From an uncultured delta proteobacterium (GTDB lineage: Bacteria; Desulfobacterota; Zymogenia; Zymogenales; Zymogenaceae), in the NCBI GenBank assembly GCA_963735595.1, contig CAVTLK010000002.1, positions 128,001 through 192,000 of the forward strand: a DNA stretch of 64,000 nt, written 5' to 3'. The position numbers and the translations under genes are program-made. The notes beneath the pieces are model-generated. The model was not told the DNA's origin. It searched no databases and was given only the letters and a program-made list of their open reading frames with translations. Positions 20,627 to 30,885 of the stretch are shown piece after piece. The number at the start of each line of letters is the position of its first letter. Within the stretch, counting starts at the first letter, position 1.

Positions 20627-21355
20627 ATGGTTGATTTAAGAGAAACGGTCTCGTACTACCTCTTCTCGAAACACGCCGTTAAGGAAGACCTTAGACAGGT
20701 AATCCGCTGGCCGCTGACCATGTTGCTCAACCACCTGATCTTCCCCCGCCGCTCCTGGTACGCCGCGGCTGCCCGGGGCACGATCATCAATGCAATCAAC
20801 GGGAGGGCACGGGTCGCACTCGTCTATAAAGACGTGGAGGCCTCCTCCTACCGCGAGCTTCGTCTCGGGAAGGACTCCGTCATCGAGGAAGGGACGACGA
20901 TCCTGGGCGAATTGACGCTCGGGGACCTTGCAGTTATCGGGAGGCGGGTATCGATCGAGGGTCCGGTGACCCTCGGGTACGGCGCTTCGATCCGGGAGGG
21001 GTGTATAGCCATCAGCCATACCACCTTCGAAGACTGGGTGGGGATATCGTCCAACGTCCATTTCATCACCTTCACCCACGACATCGGCGACGTTACGCGG
21101 CGGGTGGGGAAGATAAAATTCAAACCGATCCTGGTCCGTGCCGGAACCTGGATCGGAACCCGGACGACGGTGCTTCCGGGCGTAACGATCGGGGTGGGGT
21201 GCGTTATCGGGGCCGGATCGCTGGTGACCAGGGATATCCCGGATAACTCGCTTGCCGTAGGCCGCCCCGCCCAGGTGATACGAAAGCTCGGCCCCGGCCC
21301 CGGCGGCGGCCTGCCGCCCGAGTTGGAGAAATCATGGAGATGGGAAAAGTGGTAG
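20627..21355 (+). CDS. Hexapeptide-repeat sugar O-acyltransferase
   Basis: WIG..TTVLPGVTIG.GCVIGAGSLVTRDIP...GRPA left-handed beta-helix. Confidence 0.85.
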   Translation: MVDLRETVSYYLFSKHAVKEDLRQVIRWPLTMLLNHLIFPRRSWYAAAARGTIINAINGRARVALVYKDVEASSYRELRLGKDSVIEEGTTILGELTLGDLAVIGRRVSIEGPVTLGYGASIREGCIAISHTTFEDWVGISSNVHFITFTHDIGDVTRRVGKIKFKPILVRAGTWIGTRTTVLPGVTIGVGCVIGAGSLVTRDIPDNSLAVGRPAQVIRKLGPGPGGGLPPELEKSWRWEKW

Positions 21356-21440
21356 GGACGATGCGCGATTATCACGGCGCACGGCGGCAACGCCGGCGGT
21401 GTTCGGGCCCGCGGGCGCGGGGATGGGTTAATACGGGACT

Positions 21441-22298
21441 ATGAAAGATACAACCGGGAAAACCCCGGTCCTCCCCGGCGATACGGCGAAGGACGGCGGG
21501 CTCGACAAAAAGATCGCGGAGGCCCGGAAGATGCTGGCCCGTCTCCGGAGGGTGGTCGTCGCTTTTTCCGGGGGGGTGGACAGCACGCTGCTGCTCGCAC
21601 TGGCTGCAGACGTCCTGGGCACGGAAAACGTCCTTGCAGCCGTCGGGATCTCGCCGAGCATACCCGACCGGGAACGTGAAGAGGCCCGGCGGCTTGCGAA
21701 GACGGCGGGCGTGGAACTGATCGAATTCGAGTCGCGCGAGTTTGACGACCCCAATTTTACCCGAAATCCCGTGGACCGCTGTTACCACTGCAAGAGCGCC
21801 CTGTTCGCCCAAATATGGATGATCGCGCGGGAGCGCGGCTTTGTATCGGTCATCAGCGGGGCGAACGCCGACGACCCGGGCGACTACCGGCCGGGCCTCG
21901 ATGCGGGGATGAGGGCGGGGGTCGTAAATCCCCTCATGGAGGCCGGACTCACCAAAGCCGACATCAGGGCCGCGTCCCGGATCATGGGGCTTGTCACATG
22001 GGATAAACCGGCGATGGCCTGCCTTGCCAGCCGCATTCCGTATAACAGCCCGATCACGCCCGAGCGCCTTGCCCGGGTCGGGCGGGCGGAGGATGCGCTG
22101 CGCGGACTCGGGTTTGGGGAGTGCCGTGTCAGGGATTACGAGACGCTCGCGCGCATCGAGGTGCCGCGAGACTCCCTGGAGCGGGCCGTTCTGGAGCGGG
22201 AGGCGATCGTCTCGTCGCTCAAGGCGCTCGGGTACGTCTACGTTACGCTGGATCTGGCGGGCCTGAGAAGCGGATCGATGAACGAGGTCCTCCGGTAG
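21441..22298 (+). CDS. larE: ATP-dependent sacrificial sulfur transferase (LarE family)
   Basis: AFSGGVDS PP-loop, RCYHCK, DYRPG, ACLASRIPY, RVR, ARIEV and G.RSGSMN. Confidence 0.92.
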   Translation: MKDTTGKTPVLPGDTAKDGGLDKKIAEARKMLARLRRVVVAFSGGVDSTLLLALAADVLGTENVLAAVGISPSIPDREREEARRLAKTAGVELIEFESREFDDPNFTRNPVDRCYHCKSALFAQIWMIARERGFVSVISGANADDPGDYRPGLDAGMRAGVVNPLMEAGLTKADIRAASRIMGLVTWDKPAMACLASRIPYNSPITPERLARVGRAEDALRGLGFGECRVRDYETLARIEVPRDSLERAVLEREAIVSSLKALGYVYVTLDLAGLRSGSMNEVLR

Positions 22299-22541
22299 GA
22301 GGGCCGAACTGCCGCCTGTCGTTCGGGGCCGACCCCGGGTCCAAAAACCCGCGACTTTGACCGCTTCCTCACGACGTCAGGCTCGTTTCATACATCTCTC
22401 ACGTGTTATATAATCAAGCGCGCAAAGGAAGCCTTCATGACCCTTGGCGTATATCCGCTTCATGGGTGCCGGGTTGCGGGCTCCCATGGCCGTGTGTTGG
22501 TATACCCTATCTGCCCGTCTCGAATATTTCAACCTTCTTGC

Positions 22542-22570
22542 TTGTCAAGTGCCACGTTCGATGGTATTAT
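22542..22570 (+). promoter_or_regulatory. sigma70-type promoter upstream of the HD-GYP gene
   Basis: TTGTCA-N17-TATTAT with TGn extension. Confidence 0.55.
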
Positions 22571-22787
22571 TAGTCAATCGTATTCCGGTCGCCAGCGAAC
22601 GCGAATCTGCATGAGCAAAAGGACACGATCCCATTCCGGGTACGCTTTTCCCCCCGGCGGGCCCGACCGCCTGTAGACGCAGGCGCCGCGGCTTCGCGCG
22701 CATGAACGGCGGGTATGCCGGGGCGTCCCTTCTGTGTTGAGACCCGTACGGCAGCCGGATTCGGCTTGCCGAGAAGGGAGGCATCAG

Positions 22788-23807
22788 ATGCAGGAGCTGC
22801 AGGATACAGCCGAGCACGCGAGCACCATCCTGGTTGCCGATGACGAACCGAACGTCCGTGATGTCATCAGACTCATGCTTGCCGAAGAAGGGCACCGGCT
22901 GGTCTTTGCGGAAAACGGGGCGGAGGCCTTTGAAAAGGCGTACGAACTGGTCCCCGACCTGATCCTCCTGGACGTCATGATGCCGAAGATGGACGGCTAC
23001 GAGGTATGCCGGAAGCTTCGCAGCGAGCCGACGATTGCCCAGGTGCCGATTATCATGATCACCGCCCTCGGGGATACCGCATCACGAATACGCGGCATCA
23101 ACAGCGGGGCCGACGACTTCATATCGAAACCGTTTGACTTCGCCGAACTCACGGCCAAGATACGAAATATCATCAGGCTCAACCGTTTTCGCCAGATCCT
23201 CACCGAGCGGGAGAACCTCAAGCGCGCCCATATCGACCTACAAAAGGCCTATGACGCCACCCTCGAGGGTTGGGCGAACGCCCTCGAATTGAGGGACTCC
23301 GAGACCCAGGGACATTCGGTGCGCGTTACCCAGAAGACGCTGGAGCTGGCCCGGGTGATGGGCATTACGGACGGCGATCTCGACCACGTTCGCCGAGGCG
23401 CCCTGCTGCACGATATCGGAAAGATGGGGATCCCGGATGCCGTTCTCCAAAAGCCCGGCCCACTCACCGCCGAAGAATGGACGGTGATGAAAAGACATCC
23501 CGAATACGCCTACCGGCTCCTGTCTCCGATAGACTACCTTCGGCCCGCCCTGGATATCCCTTATTGTCACCATGAACGGTGGGATGGAACGGGTTACCCA
23601 CGGGGGCTGAAGGGGGAAGATATCCCGCTGTCGGCCCGTATCTTTACGGTGGTGGACGTATATGACGCGCTGGGCACCGACCGGCCCTACCGCCCGGCCT
23701 TCTCGATGGATAAAATCAACGCGTATCTTACGGACAACGCCGGGTCTCATTTCGACCCCGGGGTCCTGGAGGCGTTCAACCGAATGATCAGTCGTGACGG
23801 TTCGTGA
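22788..23807 (+). CDS. Response regulator with HD-GYP c-di-GMP phosphodiesterase domain (RpfG-like)
   Basis: REC domain (ADDE, LLDVMMP, KP) plus LHDIGK and HHERWDGTGYP; ATG 22788 follows a GGAGG RBS. Confidence 0.93.
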   Translation: MQELQDTAEHASTILVADDEPNVRDVIRLMLAEEGHRLVFAENGAEAFEKAYELVPDLILLDVMMPKMDGYEVCRKLRSEPTIAQVPIIMITALGDTASRIRGINSGADDFISKPFDFAELTAKIRNIIRLNRFRQILTERENLKRAHIDLQKAYDATLEGWANALELRDSETQGHSVRVTQKTLELARVMGITDGDLDHVRRGALLHDIGKMGIPDAVLQKPGPLTAEEWTVMKRHPEYAYRLLSPIDYLRPALDIPYCHHERWDGTGYPRGLKGEDIPLSARIFTVVDVYDALGTDRPYRPAFSMDKINAYLTDNAGSHFDPGVLEAFNRMISRDGS

Positions 23808-23922
23808 TATACTCCCGGCTCCGCCGTATCTCCCACCGACCGATTTATCGTGCCGTTCTATAACCGTAACGCGGGCCGTGACGCGGGCCGGGAAAAGGGA
23901 CGGGCGCCGGGATTTCGATGCA

Positions 23923-24732
23923 TCACGTGTTTAGCGACCGTAAGGGAGCCTTGAGCGCCGAGACAAGGCGGCCGACCTCTCTCAACAACTCCTCCCGATT
24001 ACCGCCGTTTCGTTCGATAACGCTCACAAGGGCGCTTCCTACCACCACCCCGTCGGCTACCGCGCCGACCCGGCGGGCCGTTTGAGGATCTGCTATCCCG
24101 AAACCCACCGTCACGGGCAGATCAGTTATGTTCCTGATTGCCGCTATCCGCTCCTCCATGTCGCCGGGCAGGGTATCCCTCGCCCCGGTCACCCCCGTTA
24201 CTGATATGTAGTAGAGAAACCCCGAGGCCCCCTTGACGACCCTTTGAAGGCGCGCTCCGGCGCTTACCGGAGAGATCAGATTGATAAAATCGATACCCGC
24301 CCGATCGGTATATCGCCGCAACTCGCCGGCCTCCTCAAACGGGAGATCGACCACGAGGATGCCGTCCACCCCCGCCCGACGGGCACGGTCGGAAAACCGC
24401 GCGACCCCATACTTCATGAACGGATTGAAATACCCGAAAAGGACAAGCGGGATCGAGAGGCGCGGCCTGAGCCGTTCGACCATATCGAGGATAGCGTCGA
24501 GCGTTGTCCCGTTTCGGAGTGAGCGCATCGAGGCCCGTTGGATCGTGGGTCCGTCGGCCGTAGGATCGGAAAAGGGAACCCCGATCTCAATGATATCGGC
24601 GCCCGCCTGCTGGACGGCCACGAGAAGCTCGCCGGTTGCATCGAGGCTCGGGTCGCCGGCAGTGAGGTATGCTACCAGCGCCCTGTGGCCGTCGGCCCGT
24701 ATAGCCCGGAACGCGTCGCTGATTCTGCTCAT
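23923..24732 (-). CDS. trpA: Tryptophan synthase alpha chain
   Basis: [21 protein letters not shown] and GFGI. Confidence 0.98.
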   Translation of the reverse strand: MSRISDAFRAIRADGHRALVAYLTAGDPSLDATGELLVAVQQAGADIIEIGVPFSDPTADGPTIQRASMRSLRNGTTLDAILDMVERLRPRLSIPLVLFGYFNPFMKYGVARFSDRARRAGVDGILVVDLPFEEAGELRRYTDRAGIDFINLISPVSAGARLQRVVKGASGFLYYISVTGVTGARDTLPGDMEERIAAIRNITDLPVTVGFGIADPQTARRVGAVADGVVVGSALVSVIERNGGNREELLREVGRLVSALKAPLRSLNT

Positions 24733-25925
24733 TTGAGTGAAACCTCCATGAGGGAGGCGATCGTGTTGATGTCCTTATCGCCTCTCCCCGACAGGTTGAC
24801 GATGATATCTCCCTTCTTGCCGATACCCTGCGCAATGTTAATTGCCGCGGCCACGGCGTGGGCGCTTTCCAGCGCGGGGATGATTCCCTCCAGCTGCGTC
24901 AGCGTATGAAACGCCTCGATGGCCGCCTCGTCGTCAACGGCCTGGTATGAGACCCGCCCGCTGTCGGCAAGCAGGCTGTGTTCCGGTCCAACCCCCGGGT
25001 AGTCAAGGCCGGCGGAAATGGAGTGGGTTTCGGTAATCTGGCCGTGTTCATCCTGCAGCACGTAGGTCTTGGCGCCGTGCAGGACTCCCTGGCTGCCGCC
25101 GCAGATCGACGCGGCATGCCGAGATGACTCAATGCCGTCGCCGGCGGCCTCGACGCCGACCATGGCGACGGTGTCATCACCCAGGAACGGATAGAAAAGC
25201 CCCATAGCGTTAGACCCTCCTCCGACACACGCCACCAGACAATCGGGCAGCCGGCCGATGGCCTGCCTGATCTGGCGTTTGGCCTCACGCCCGATGACGG
25301 CCTGGAAATCCCGCACCATCATTGGATAGGGGTGCGGACCGGCCACGGTGCCGATAACGTAAAAAGTGTCCCGGACGGTGCCGACCCAGTCCCGCATGGC
25401 CTCGTTCATTGCGTCCTTTAGGGTCGCCGATCCCGAATCGACGGGCCGAACGTTCGCCCCCAATAGTTTCATGCGAAATACGTTGAGGGATTGGCGATCG
25501 ATATCGGTCGTTCCCATAAATATCTCGCACGACATTCCGAAGAGGGCCGCCACCGTGGCGGTGGCGACCCCATGCTGGCCGGCCCCCGTCTCCGCAATAA
25601 GGCGTGACTTCCCCATCCGGCGCGCGAGGATTGCCTGACCCAGCGTGTTGTTGATCTTGTGGGCGCCCGTATGGCAGAGATCCTCCCGTTTGAGCCAGAT
25701 GCGCGCCCCGCCCGTGTGTTCCGTGAGGCGACGGGCGAGCCAGAGGGGGGTGGGCCTGCCCGCGTATCGGGTCAGGTAGGGGCCGATTTCGGAAAACAGT
25801 CCCCTCTCCCGTTTCTCGTGCCTGTAGGACTGTTCAAGCTCGATCAGGGCGGGCATCAGGGTTTCCGCGACGTACCTGCCCCCGTATTTCCCGAAATGAC
25901 CGTTGACGTCGGGATTTCTCGTCAT
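24729..25925 (-). CDS. trpB: Tryptophan synthase beta chain
   Basis: [24 protein letters not shown] and [11 protein letters not shown]. Confidence 0.99.
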   Translation of the reverse strand: MTRNPDVNGHFGKYGGRYVAETLMPALIELEQSYRHEKRERGLFSEIGPYLTRYAGRPTPLWLARRLTEHTGGARIWLKREDLCHTGAHKINNTLGQAILARRMGKSRLIAETGAGQHGVATATVAALFGMSCEIFMGTTDIDRQSLNVFRMKLLGANVRPVDSGSATLKDAMNEAMRDWVGTVRDTFYVIGTVAGPHPYPMMVRDFQAVIGREAKRQIRQAIGRLPDCLVACVGGGSNAMGLFYPFLGDDTVAMVGVEAAGDGIESSRHAASICGGSQGVLHGAKTYVLQDEHGQITETHSISAGLDYPGVGPEHSLLADSGRVSYQAVDDEAAIEAFHTLTQLEGIIPALESAHAVAAAINIAQGIGKKGDIIVNLSGRGDKDINTIASLMEVSLK

Positions 25926-26554
25926 GGGTTATGACCTCCATGGCGCCGAATCACCTGGATGAAGCGGCGCATCTTGATATGATCCTTGATACCCGGACTT
26001 TGCTCCACCCCCGAGGCTACGTCCACCCCGAAGGGCTGAAAATGACCCAGCGCATCGGCGACGTTCTCGGGGGTCAGGCCGCCGGCGATGATAATCCGGC
26101 ACGGGCCGATACCGCCGTCAAGCAAGTCCCAGTCGAACGGTATGCCGGTGCCGCCGTAGGAACCGGGGACACATGTATCCAGCACGAACGTGGTGGCGGC
26201 CGGGAAGGCGGCAAGCCTTCGGAGGTCTTCCCTCTGCCTGACGCGGACGGCCCTGATGACGGGAAACGGGACCCCGGCCAGGAAATCCGCCGGTTCATCT
26301 CCGGAAAGCTGCACTGCCGAGAGGCCGCATAGCGAAACCGTTTCGACGATAGACTTCTCGTCCCGGTTTACGAAGACGCCGACCCGCCCGAGAAACGGGG
26401 AGAGCTTCCGGCAGATCGCCCGGGCGTCTTCGGGGGAGATAGAGCGGGGACTTTCGGGATGAAAGACGAAACCGAGGGCGTCGGCCCCGAGCTTTTCCGC
26501 GGCCAGGGCGTCGGTGCAATTGGTTATACCGCATATCTTTATACGCACGGGCAT
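25922..26554 (-). CDS. trpF: Phosphoribosylanthranilate isomerase
   Basis: [23 protein letters not shown] and GVDVASGVE; start at 26554 after a GAGGAGG RBS. Confidence 0.96.
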   Translation of the reverse strand: MPVRIKICGITNCTDALAAEKLGADALGFVFHPESPRSISPEDARAICRKLSPFLGRVGVFVNRDEKSIVETVSLCGLSAVQLSGDEPADFLAGVPFPVIRAVRVRQREDLRRLAAFPAATTFVLDTCVPGSYGGTGIPFDWDLLDGGIGPCRIIIAGGLTPENVADALGHFQPFGVDVASGVEQSPGIKDHIKMRRFIQVIRRHGGHNP

Positions 26555-26577
26555 GGCTGCCTCCTCATGATCGGCCG

Positions 26578-27402
26578 TCAGATTGTTTTCCCGGCCAGCG
26601 CCCGCATTGCGCGGCCCATATCGCCGATATCCGGTACCTGCATCAGGGCCTGGCCGACCAGGAAACAACGGATGCCGACCCGCATATAGCCGTCGATATC
26701 GGCCCGGGACCGGATTCCGCTCATGGCGACCGCCGTGACGCCCTGCGGGACAAGCCTGCCCAGGCGCGCGGCCGTGCCCCGATCGACCGCCAGCGTTTCG
26801 AGGTTTCGGTTATTTATCCCGATCAGATCCGCTCCCGACGCAAGCGCCGTTTCAAGCTCGTATTCGTTATTCACTTCCACGAGGGCGTCCAATCCCACGT
26901 CACGGGCCGTCCCCACGAGATCGACCAGGAGGGGGCGATCAACAATCTTGACGATGATCAGCAGGGCGTCGGCCCCCATTACCCTGGATTCATATACCTG
27001 ATAGGGGTCCACGATAAAGTCTTTTCTTAAAAGCGGCAGGCTTGCCGAGCGACGGGCCTGCCCCAGGTACGCGGGGTCCCCGAAGAAGAAGTCGGGCTCG
27101 GTCAGGACGGAAAGGGCGGCAGCGCCGTTTTCGGCAAGACAACGGGCCAGATCGGCAGGGGTAAAGTCGTTCCTGATAACACCCCGCGAAGGGCTGCCCT
27201 TTTTCAACTCCGCTATGACCGCCACGTCCGGTCCGGCGGGGGAAACGGAGGTTAAAAATCCCCTCGTTGGTTCCAGGTCACCTATTCGGCTCAGGAAGTC
27301 GCGCGTGGCAGTCCGCCGCCGGGCGTCCCGGATGCTGCGCCGCCGGCCTTCTACGATCCGCTGCAGGATCGGACCAGAGTCTGTTGAGTGAGTTGTGCTC
27401 AT
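26578..27402 (-). CDS. trpC: Indole-3-glycerol phosphate synthase
   Basis: IAELKKGSPS, LSVLT, LRKDF and GINNRNL; start approximate. Confidence 0.96.
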   Translation of the reverse strand: MSTTHSTDSGPILQRIVEGRRRSIRDARRRTATRDFLSRIGDLEPTRGFLTSVSPAGPDVAVIAELKKGSPSRGVIRNDFTPADLARCLAENGAAALSVLTEPDFFFGDPAYLGQARRSASLPLLRKDFIVDPYQVYESRVMGADALLIIVKIVDRPLLVDLVGTARDVGLDALVEVNNEYELETALASGADLIGINNRNLETLAVDRGTAARLGRLVPQGVTAVAMSGIRSRADIDGYMRVGIRCFLVGQALMQVPDIGDMGRAMRALAGKTI

Positions 27403-27421
27403 TGGTACGTATCTCCCGCCG

Positions 27422-28444
27422 TCAATTGGCATCGGTCGTGATTTCGCGTAAGGCACAGAGCTTCCGGTAGGCGGCCCCGCTGTCGATTGACTCTTCCGCC
27501 TTGACGAGCCCCTCCTCGAACCCTTCGCTCAGCCCGCTGACCAGGAGGGCCGCGGCGGCGTTAAGCAGCATCACGTCCCGTTTTGGACCGCGCAAACCCC
27601 TGAGCAGGTCTTCGACTATCCGGGCGTTTTCGACGGGCGTGCCGCCCATGAGCTCCTCAATGCGCGACGTCCCTATCCCGTACAGTCCGGGTTCTATGAC
27701 CGTCTCGTCGATCGCCCCGTTATGAACGTATGAGATAGTGGTGGGCCCGGTGGTCGTGATCTCGTCCAGCCCGCTCCCGTGGACGATCATTGCCCGCTTT
27801 GTCCCGAGCATGATGAGCGCTTCGGCCATTACGCGGCACAGGGCGGGGTCGTAGACCCCCAACAGCTGGACGTCTGCCCCGGCCGGGTTGGTGAGGGGAC
27901 CCAGGATATTAAAGATCGTGCGAAAACCCAGCTGCTTACGCGGTTCGCTCACGTGCTTCATGGCGGAATGCAGCTGCGGTGCAAATAGAAACCCGATGCC
28001 GATTTCCTCGATACACCTCTGGACCAGAGCCGGCCCGGCGGTGATATCTACGCCGAGGGCCTCCAGGACATCGGCGCTGCCCGATTTGCTCGATACCCCC
28101 CGATTGCCGTGCTTTGCCACCACGGCGCCTGCGCCGGCCGCCACGAAGGCCGCTGCCGTTGAGATGTTGAACGTCTGGCTTCGGTCGCCCCCGGTCCCGC
28201 AGGTATCCAGCAGCGCGTTGCCGTTGGGCAGGCGCGGCGTTATCCTGACGGCTTTTTTTCTCATGGTGGACGCGGCGCCGGCGATTTCCTCGACCGTCTC
28301 GCCCTTCAGGCGGAGCCCGGTCACGAACGCGCCGATCTGGGCCTGCGAGGCCTGGCCGGTCATGATACACTCCATGGCCGTCTCCATCTCCTCAAAGGTG
28401 AGGTCCGTGGCATCGGCCACCTTCTGCAAAAGGGATCTAATCAT
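27422..28444 (-). CDS. trpD: Anthranilate phosphoribosyltransferase
   Basis: DTCGTGGD, FNIST, KHGNR and GSADVLE. Confidence 0.98.
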   Translation of the reverse strand: MIRSLLQKVADATDLTFEEMETAMECIMTGQASQAQIGAFVTGLRLKGETVEEIAGAASTMRKKAVRITPRLPNGNALLDTCGTGGDRSQTFNISTAAAFVAAGAGAVVAKHGNRGVSSKSGSADVLEALGVDITAGPALVQRCIEEIGIGFLFAPQLHSAMKHVSEPRKQLGFRTIFNILGPLTNPAGADVQLLGVYDPALCRVMAEALIMLGTKRAMIVHGSGLDEITTTGPTTISYVHNGAIDETVIEPGLYGIGTSRIEELMGGTPVENARIVEDLLRGLRGPKRDVMLLNAAAALLVSGLSEGFEEGLVKAEESIDSGAAYRKLCALREITTDAN

Positions 28445-29012
28445 GAGTGCCTCCTATCAGTAAAAAGTTCTTAAGGATCTGTCTGCCGTATTCGGTCATT
28501 ATCGACTCGGGATGGAACTGGATGCCGAATATTGGGTGCTGCCGGTGCCGCACACCCATGATCTCGTCATCGTCGGTCGTCGCGGTGATTTCGAGGCAGT
28601 CGGGAACCGAACCGGGATCGATGACCAGCGAGTGATACCGCACCGCCGAAAAGGGCTTCGGGACGTTCATGAAGACGCCCCCCCGATCGTGGTAGACGGG
28701 GGAGCATTTGCCGTGCATGATCCGCTTTGCCCTGACGATCCGTGCGCCGAATGCGGCGCCGATAGCCTGATGGCCGAGACATACCCCGAGAATCGGTATG
28801 CCGGCACAGCGCCTGATGAGGTCAACCGAGATCCCGGCGTCGTGCGGGGTGCCGGGGCCCGGGGAGATTACGATATAGTCGGGCGAGAGGTCCCGGGCAC
28901 GGTCGGCCGTTATTGCGTCGTTACGGAATACGGCCGGCGTCGTTCCCATCTCCCCGAGGTATTGGACAAGGTTATAGGTAAACGAATCGTAATTATCGAT
29001 CACCAGGATCAT
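28437..29012 (-). CDS. trpG: Anthranilate synthase component II
   Basis: IDNYDSFTYNL, SPGPG, GVCLGHQ and QFHPES. Confidence 0.97.
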   Translation of the reverse strand: MILVIDNYDSFTYNLVQYLGEMGTTPAVFRNDAITADRARDLSPDYIVISPGPGTPHDAGISVDLIRRCAGIPILGVCLGHQAIGAAFGARIVRAKRIMHGKCSPVYHDRGGVFMNVPKPFSAVRYHSLVIDPGSVPDCLEITATTDDDEIMGVRHRQHPIFGIQFHPESIMTEYGRQILKNFLLIGGTHD

Positions 29013-29022
29013 GGGAGCCCCC

Positions 29023-30510
29023 CTATCTGTATTCCATATTGTCGGCCGCCATCTGTATGGCCCTGATCATGCCCTTGGCTTTATCGGTGGTTTCCTGATA
29101 CTCCCGATCGGGGTCGGAGTCGTAGACGATCCCGGCGCCGGTCTGGACATAAACCGCCCCATCCCTGACCACCATGGTGCGAATCGTGATGCACATGTCC
29201 ATGTTCCCCGAGAACCCGAGATATCCCACCGAGCCGCCGTACAGCCCGCGGCGGTGCGGCTCCAGTTCGTCGATGATCTCCATGGCGCGGATCTTCGGCG
29301 CGCCGGTCAGCGTACCGGCGGGAAAGGCGGCCCGCAGGACGTCGAAGGCGTCCTTGCCGGCGGCGAGCTTTCCCTCGATGTCGGAAACGATATGCATTAC
29401 GTGGGAGTACTTCTCCACCCTCATCAACTCGGTTACGGCGACGCTGCCGTATTCGGATACCCGCCCGAGGTCGTTTCTCCCCAGGTCAACGAGCATGATA
29501 TGCTCGGCCAGCTCCTTCGGATCGGCCAGGAGTTCGCGGGACAAACGAACGTCCTCGGCGGGACTCTTGCCCCTGGGCCGGGTGCCGGCGATGGGCCTGA
29601 GCTCGACCTTCTGCCCGTCCAGCCGGACGAGGACCTCGGGGGATGAGCCGACAAGGGTTACCGCGTCGAACTTCAGGTAGAAAAGATAGGGTGAAGGATT
29701 GATGGTTCTCAGGGCACGGTAGAGATCGAAAGGGTCGGCGGCGGTCCTGACCATGAGACGCCGTGAGAGAACGACCTGGATAACGTCGCCGCTCTCGATG
29801 TATTGTTTTCCACGGGCGACCGTCCTGAGAAAATCGTCCCGCGTGGTGAGGGAAACCGGCGACTGCGGCGCCTGCGTTTCCCCCGGCGAGACGCCCACAT
29901 CCAACGGTCGATCGAGGCGTCCCTTTATGGTATCGATCTGGTGCGCCGCCTCCCGGTACGCGGCGGTTGTGTCGGTATCGTCTTCGAGGAAGACATTGAC
30001 CGTTACCTTGATGGTATTCTTGACGTTGTCGAAGATGACAATCGTATGGGCTATCACAAAATACATGTCATAGGCCATCGGGTCATCTCCGTCCTTTTCG
30101 GGGAGGCGTTCCATGAAACGAACCATGTCATAGCCGATATAACCGACGGCGCCGCCGAAAAAGCGGGGCAGCCCCTCGACTTCCACCGGCCGATACCGCC
30201 CCATGAACTCCCTCAGTTTTTCGAGGGGGTCGTCGACCGGGCCTTCAAAGATCGTCCGGCCGAGACGTTTGATCTCTACGTATCGCCCCCGGCTGCGGAA
30301 AATGATGCAGGGCCCGATGCCGATGAAGCTGTAGCGCCCCCATTTCTCTCCCCCCTCTACGCTTTCAAGGAGAAAGGAATGATACGGGCCGTCCAGTTTC
30401 CTGAAAGCGGTTACAGGGGTTTCCATATCGGCCAGGAACTCCCGATAGACCGGTATGAGATTGCCGGTCCGGGAGAGCCGGTCAAATTCGGGAAATGACG
30501 GGGTAAGCAT
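29023..30510 (-). CDS. trpE: Anthranilate synthase component I
   Basis: LLES, NPSPY, PIAGT, EHIMLVDLGRND and GTLTGAPK; ATG at 30510 with GGAGG RBS. Confidence 0.97.
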   Translation of the reverse strand: MLTPSFPEFDRLSRTGNLIPVYREFLADMETPVTAFRKLDGPYHSFLLESVEGGEKWGRYSFIGIGPCIIFRSRGRYVEIKRLGRTIFEGPVDDPLEKLREFMGRYRPVEVEGLPRFFGGAVGYIGYDMVRFMERLPEKDGDDPMAYDMYFVIAHTIVIFDNVKNTIKVTVNVFLEDDTDTTAAYREAAHQIDTIKGRLDRPLDVGVSPGETQAPQSPVSLTTRDDFLRTVARGKQYIESGDVIQVVLSRRLMVRTAADPFDLYRALRTINPSPYLFYLKFDAVTLVGSSPEVLVRLDGQKVELRPIAGTRPRGKSPAEDVRLSRELLADPKELAEHIMLVDLGRNDLGRVSEYGSVAVTELMRVEKYSHVMHIVSDIEGKLAAGKDAFDVLRAAFPAGTLTGAPKIRAMEIIDELEPHRRGLYGGSVGYLGFSGNMDMCITIRTMVVRDGAVYVQTGAGIVYDSDPDREYQETTDKAKGMIRAIQMAADNMEYR

Positions 30511-30529
30511 CGCCGGATACCTCCAAGAC

Positions 30530-30560
30530 AAAAAAAGCCGCGGGTGTTTTCACCCGCGGC
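30530..30560 (-). terminator. trp attenuator terminator (trpE-proximal)
   Basis: Minus strand GCCGCGGGTG-AAAA-CACCCGCGGC-TTTTTTT: perfect 10-bp stem plus U7, about 20 nt before the trpE start. Confidence 0.9.
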
Positions 30561-30566
30561 AGGCTG

Positions 30567-30608
30567 AATAAAGAAAGGCCGCGGGTTTTGAGATTCAACC
30601 GCGGCCTT
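30567..30608 (-). terminator. Second (upstream) attenuator hairpin with U-rich tail
   Basis: Minus strand AAGGCCGCGG-N14-CCGCGGCCTT followed by TCTTTATT. Confidence 0.65.
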
Positions 30609-30637
30609 ACATTATCTTTCTATATGGGAAGATGAGA

Positions 30638-30733
30638 CTATGGGGCGGACGAACCTCCTCGTATGGTATCGCGCCACACCCACCAGATGCCGTTAGCTGC
30701 TGTCTTAAGCACTATTGAAGGAGTCTTGCCCAT
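30638..30733 (-). CDS. trpL: trp operon leader peptide (31 aa)
   Basis: Hand translation MGKTPSIVLKTAANGIWWVWRDTIRGGSSAP*; three Trp codons at 30685-30674; lies between the promoter and the attenuator hairpins. Too short for the ORF track. Confidence 0.88.
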   Translation of the reverse strand: MGKTPSIVLKTAANGIWWVWRDTIRGGSSAP

Positions 30734-30780
30734 GGTTAATCGATCAGTCGATAATGAAAATAGTACATAAACTTTGCGCC

Positions 30781-30808
30781 ACTATATCACGAGGCAAGTA
30801 TCTGTCAA
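30781..30808 (-). promoter_or_regulatory. trp operon promoter
   Basis: TTGACA-N16-TATAGT with TGn extension, about 47 nt upstream of the leader ATG. Confidence 0.75.
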
Positions 30809-30885
30809 CTATTTTTTTAAGTTATGAAAAATTATTTAAAAACAAACCTGATTTTCCGGCTTCCCCGGGCCGGCGGGGGCGTACT

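Noticed and set aside
22788..23807. HD-GYP regulator as controller of the surface locus
   Set aside because: It lies about 9.5 kb away beyond the trp operon, and no c-di-GMP riboswitch was recognised upstream of the locus.
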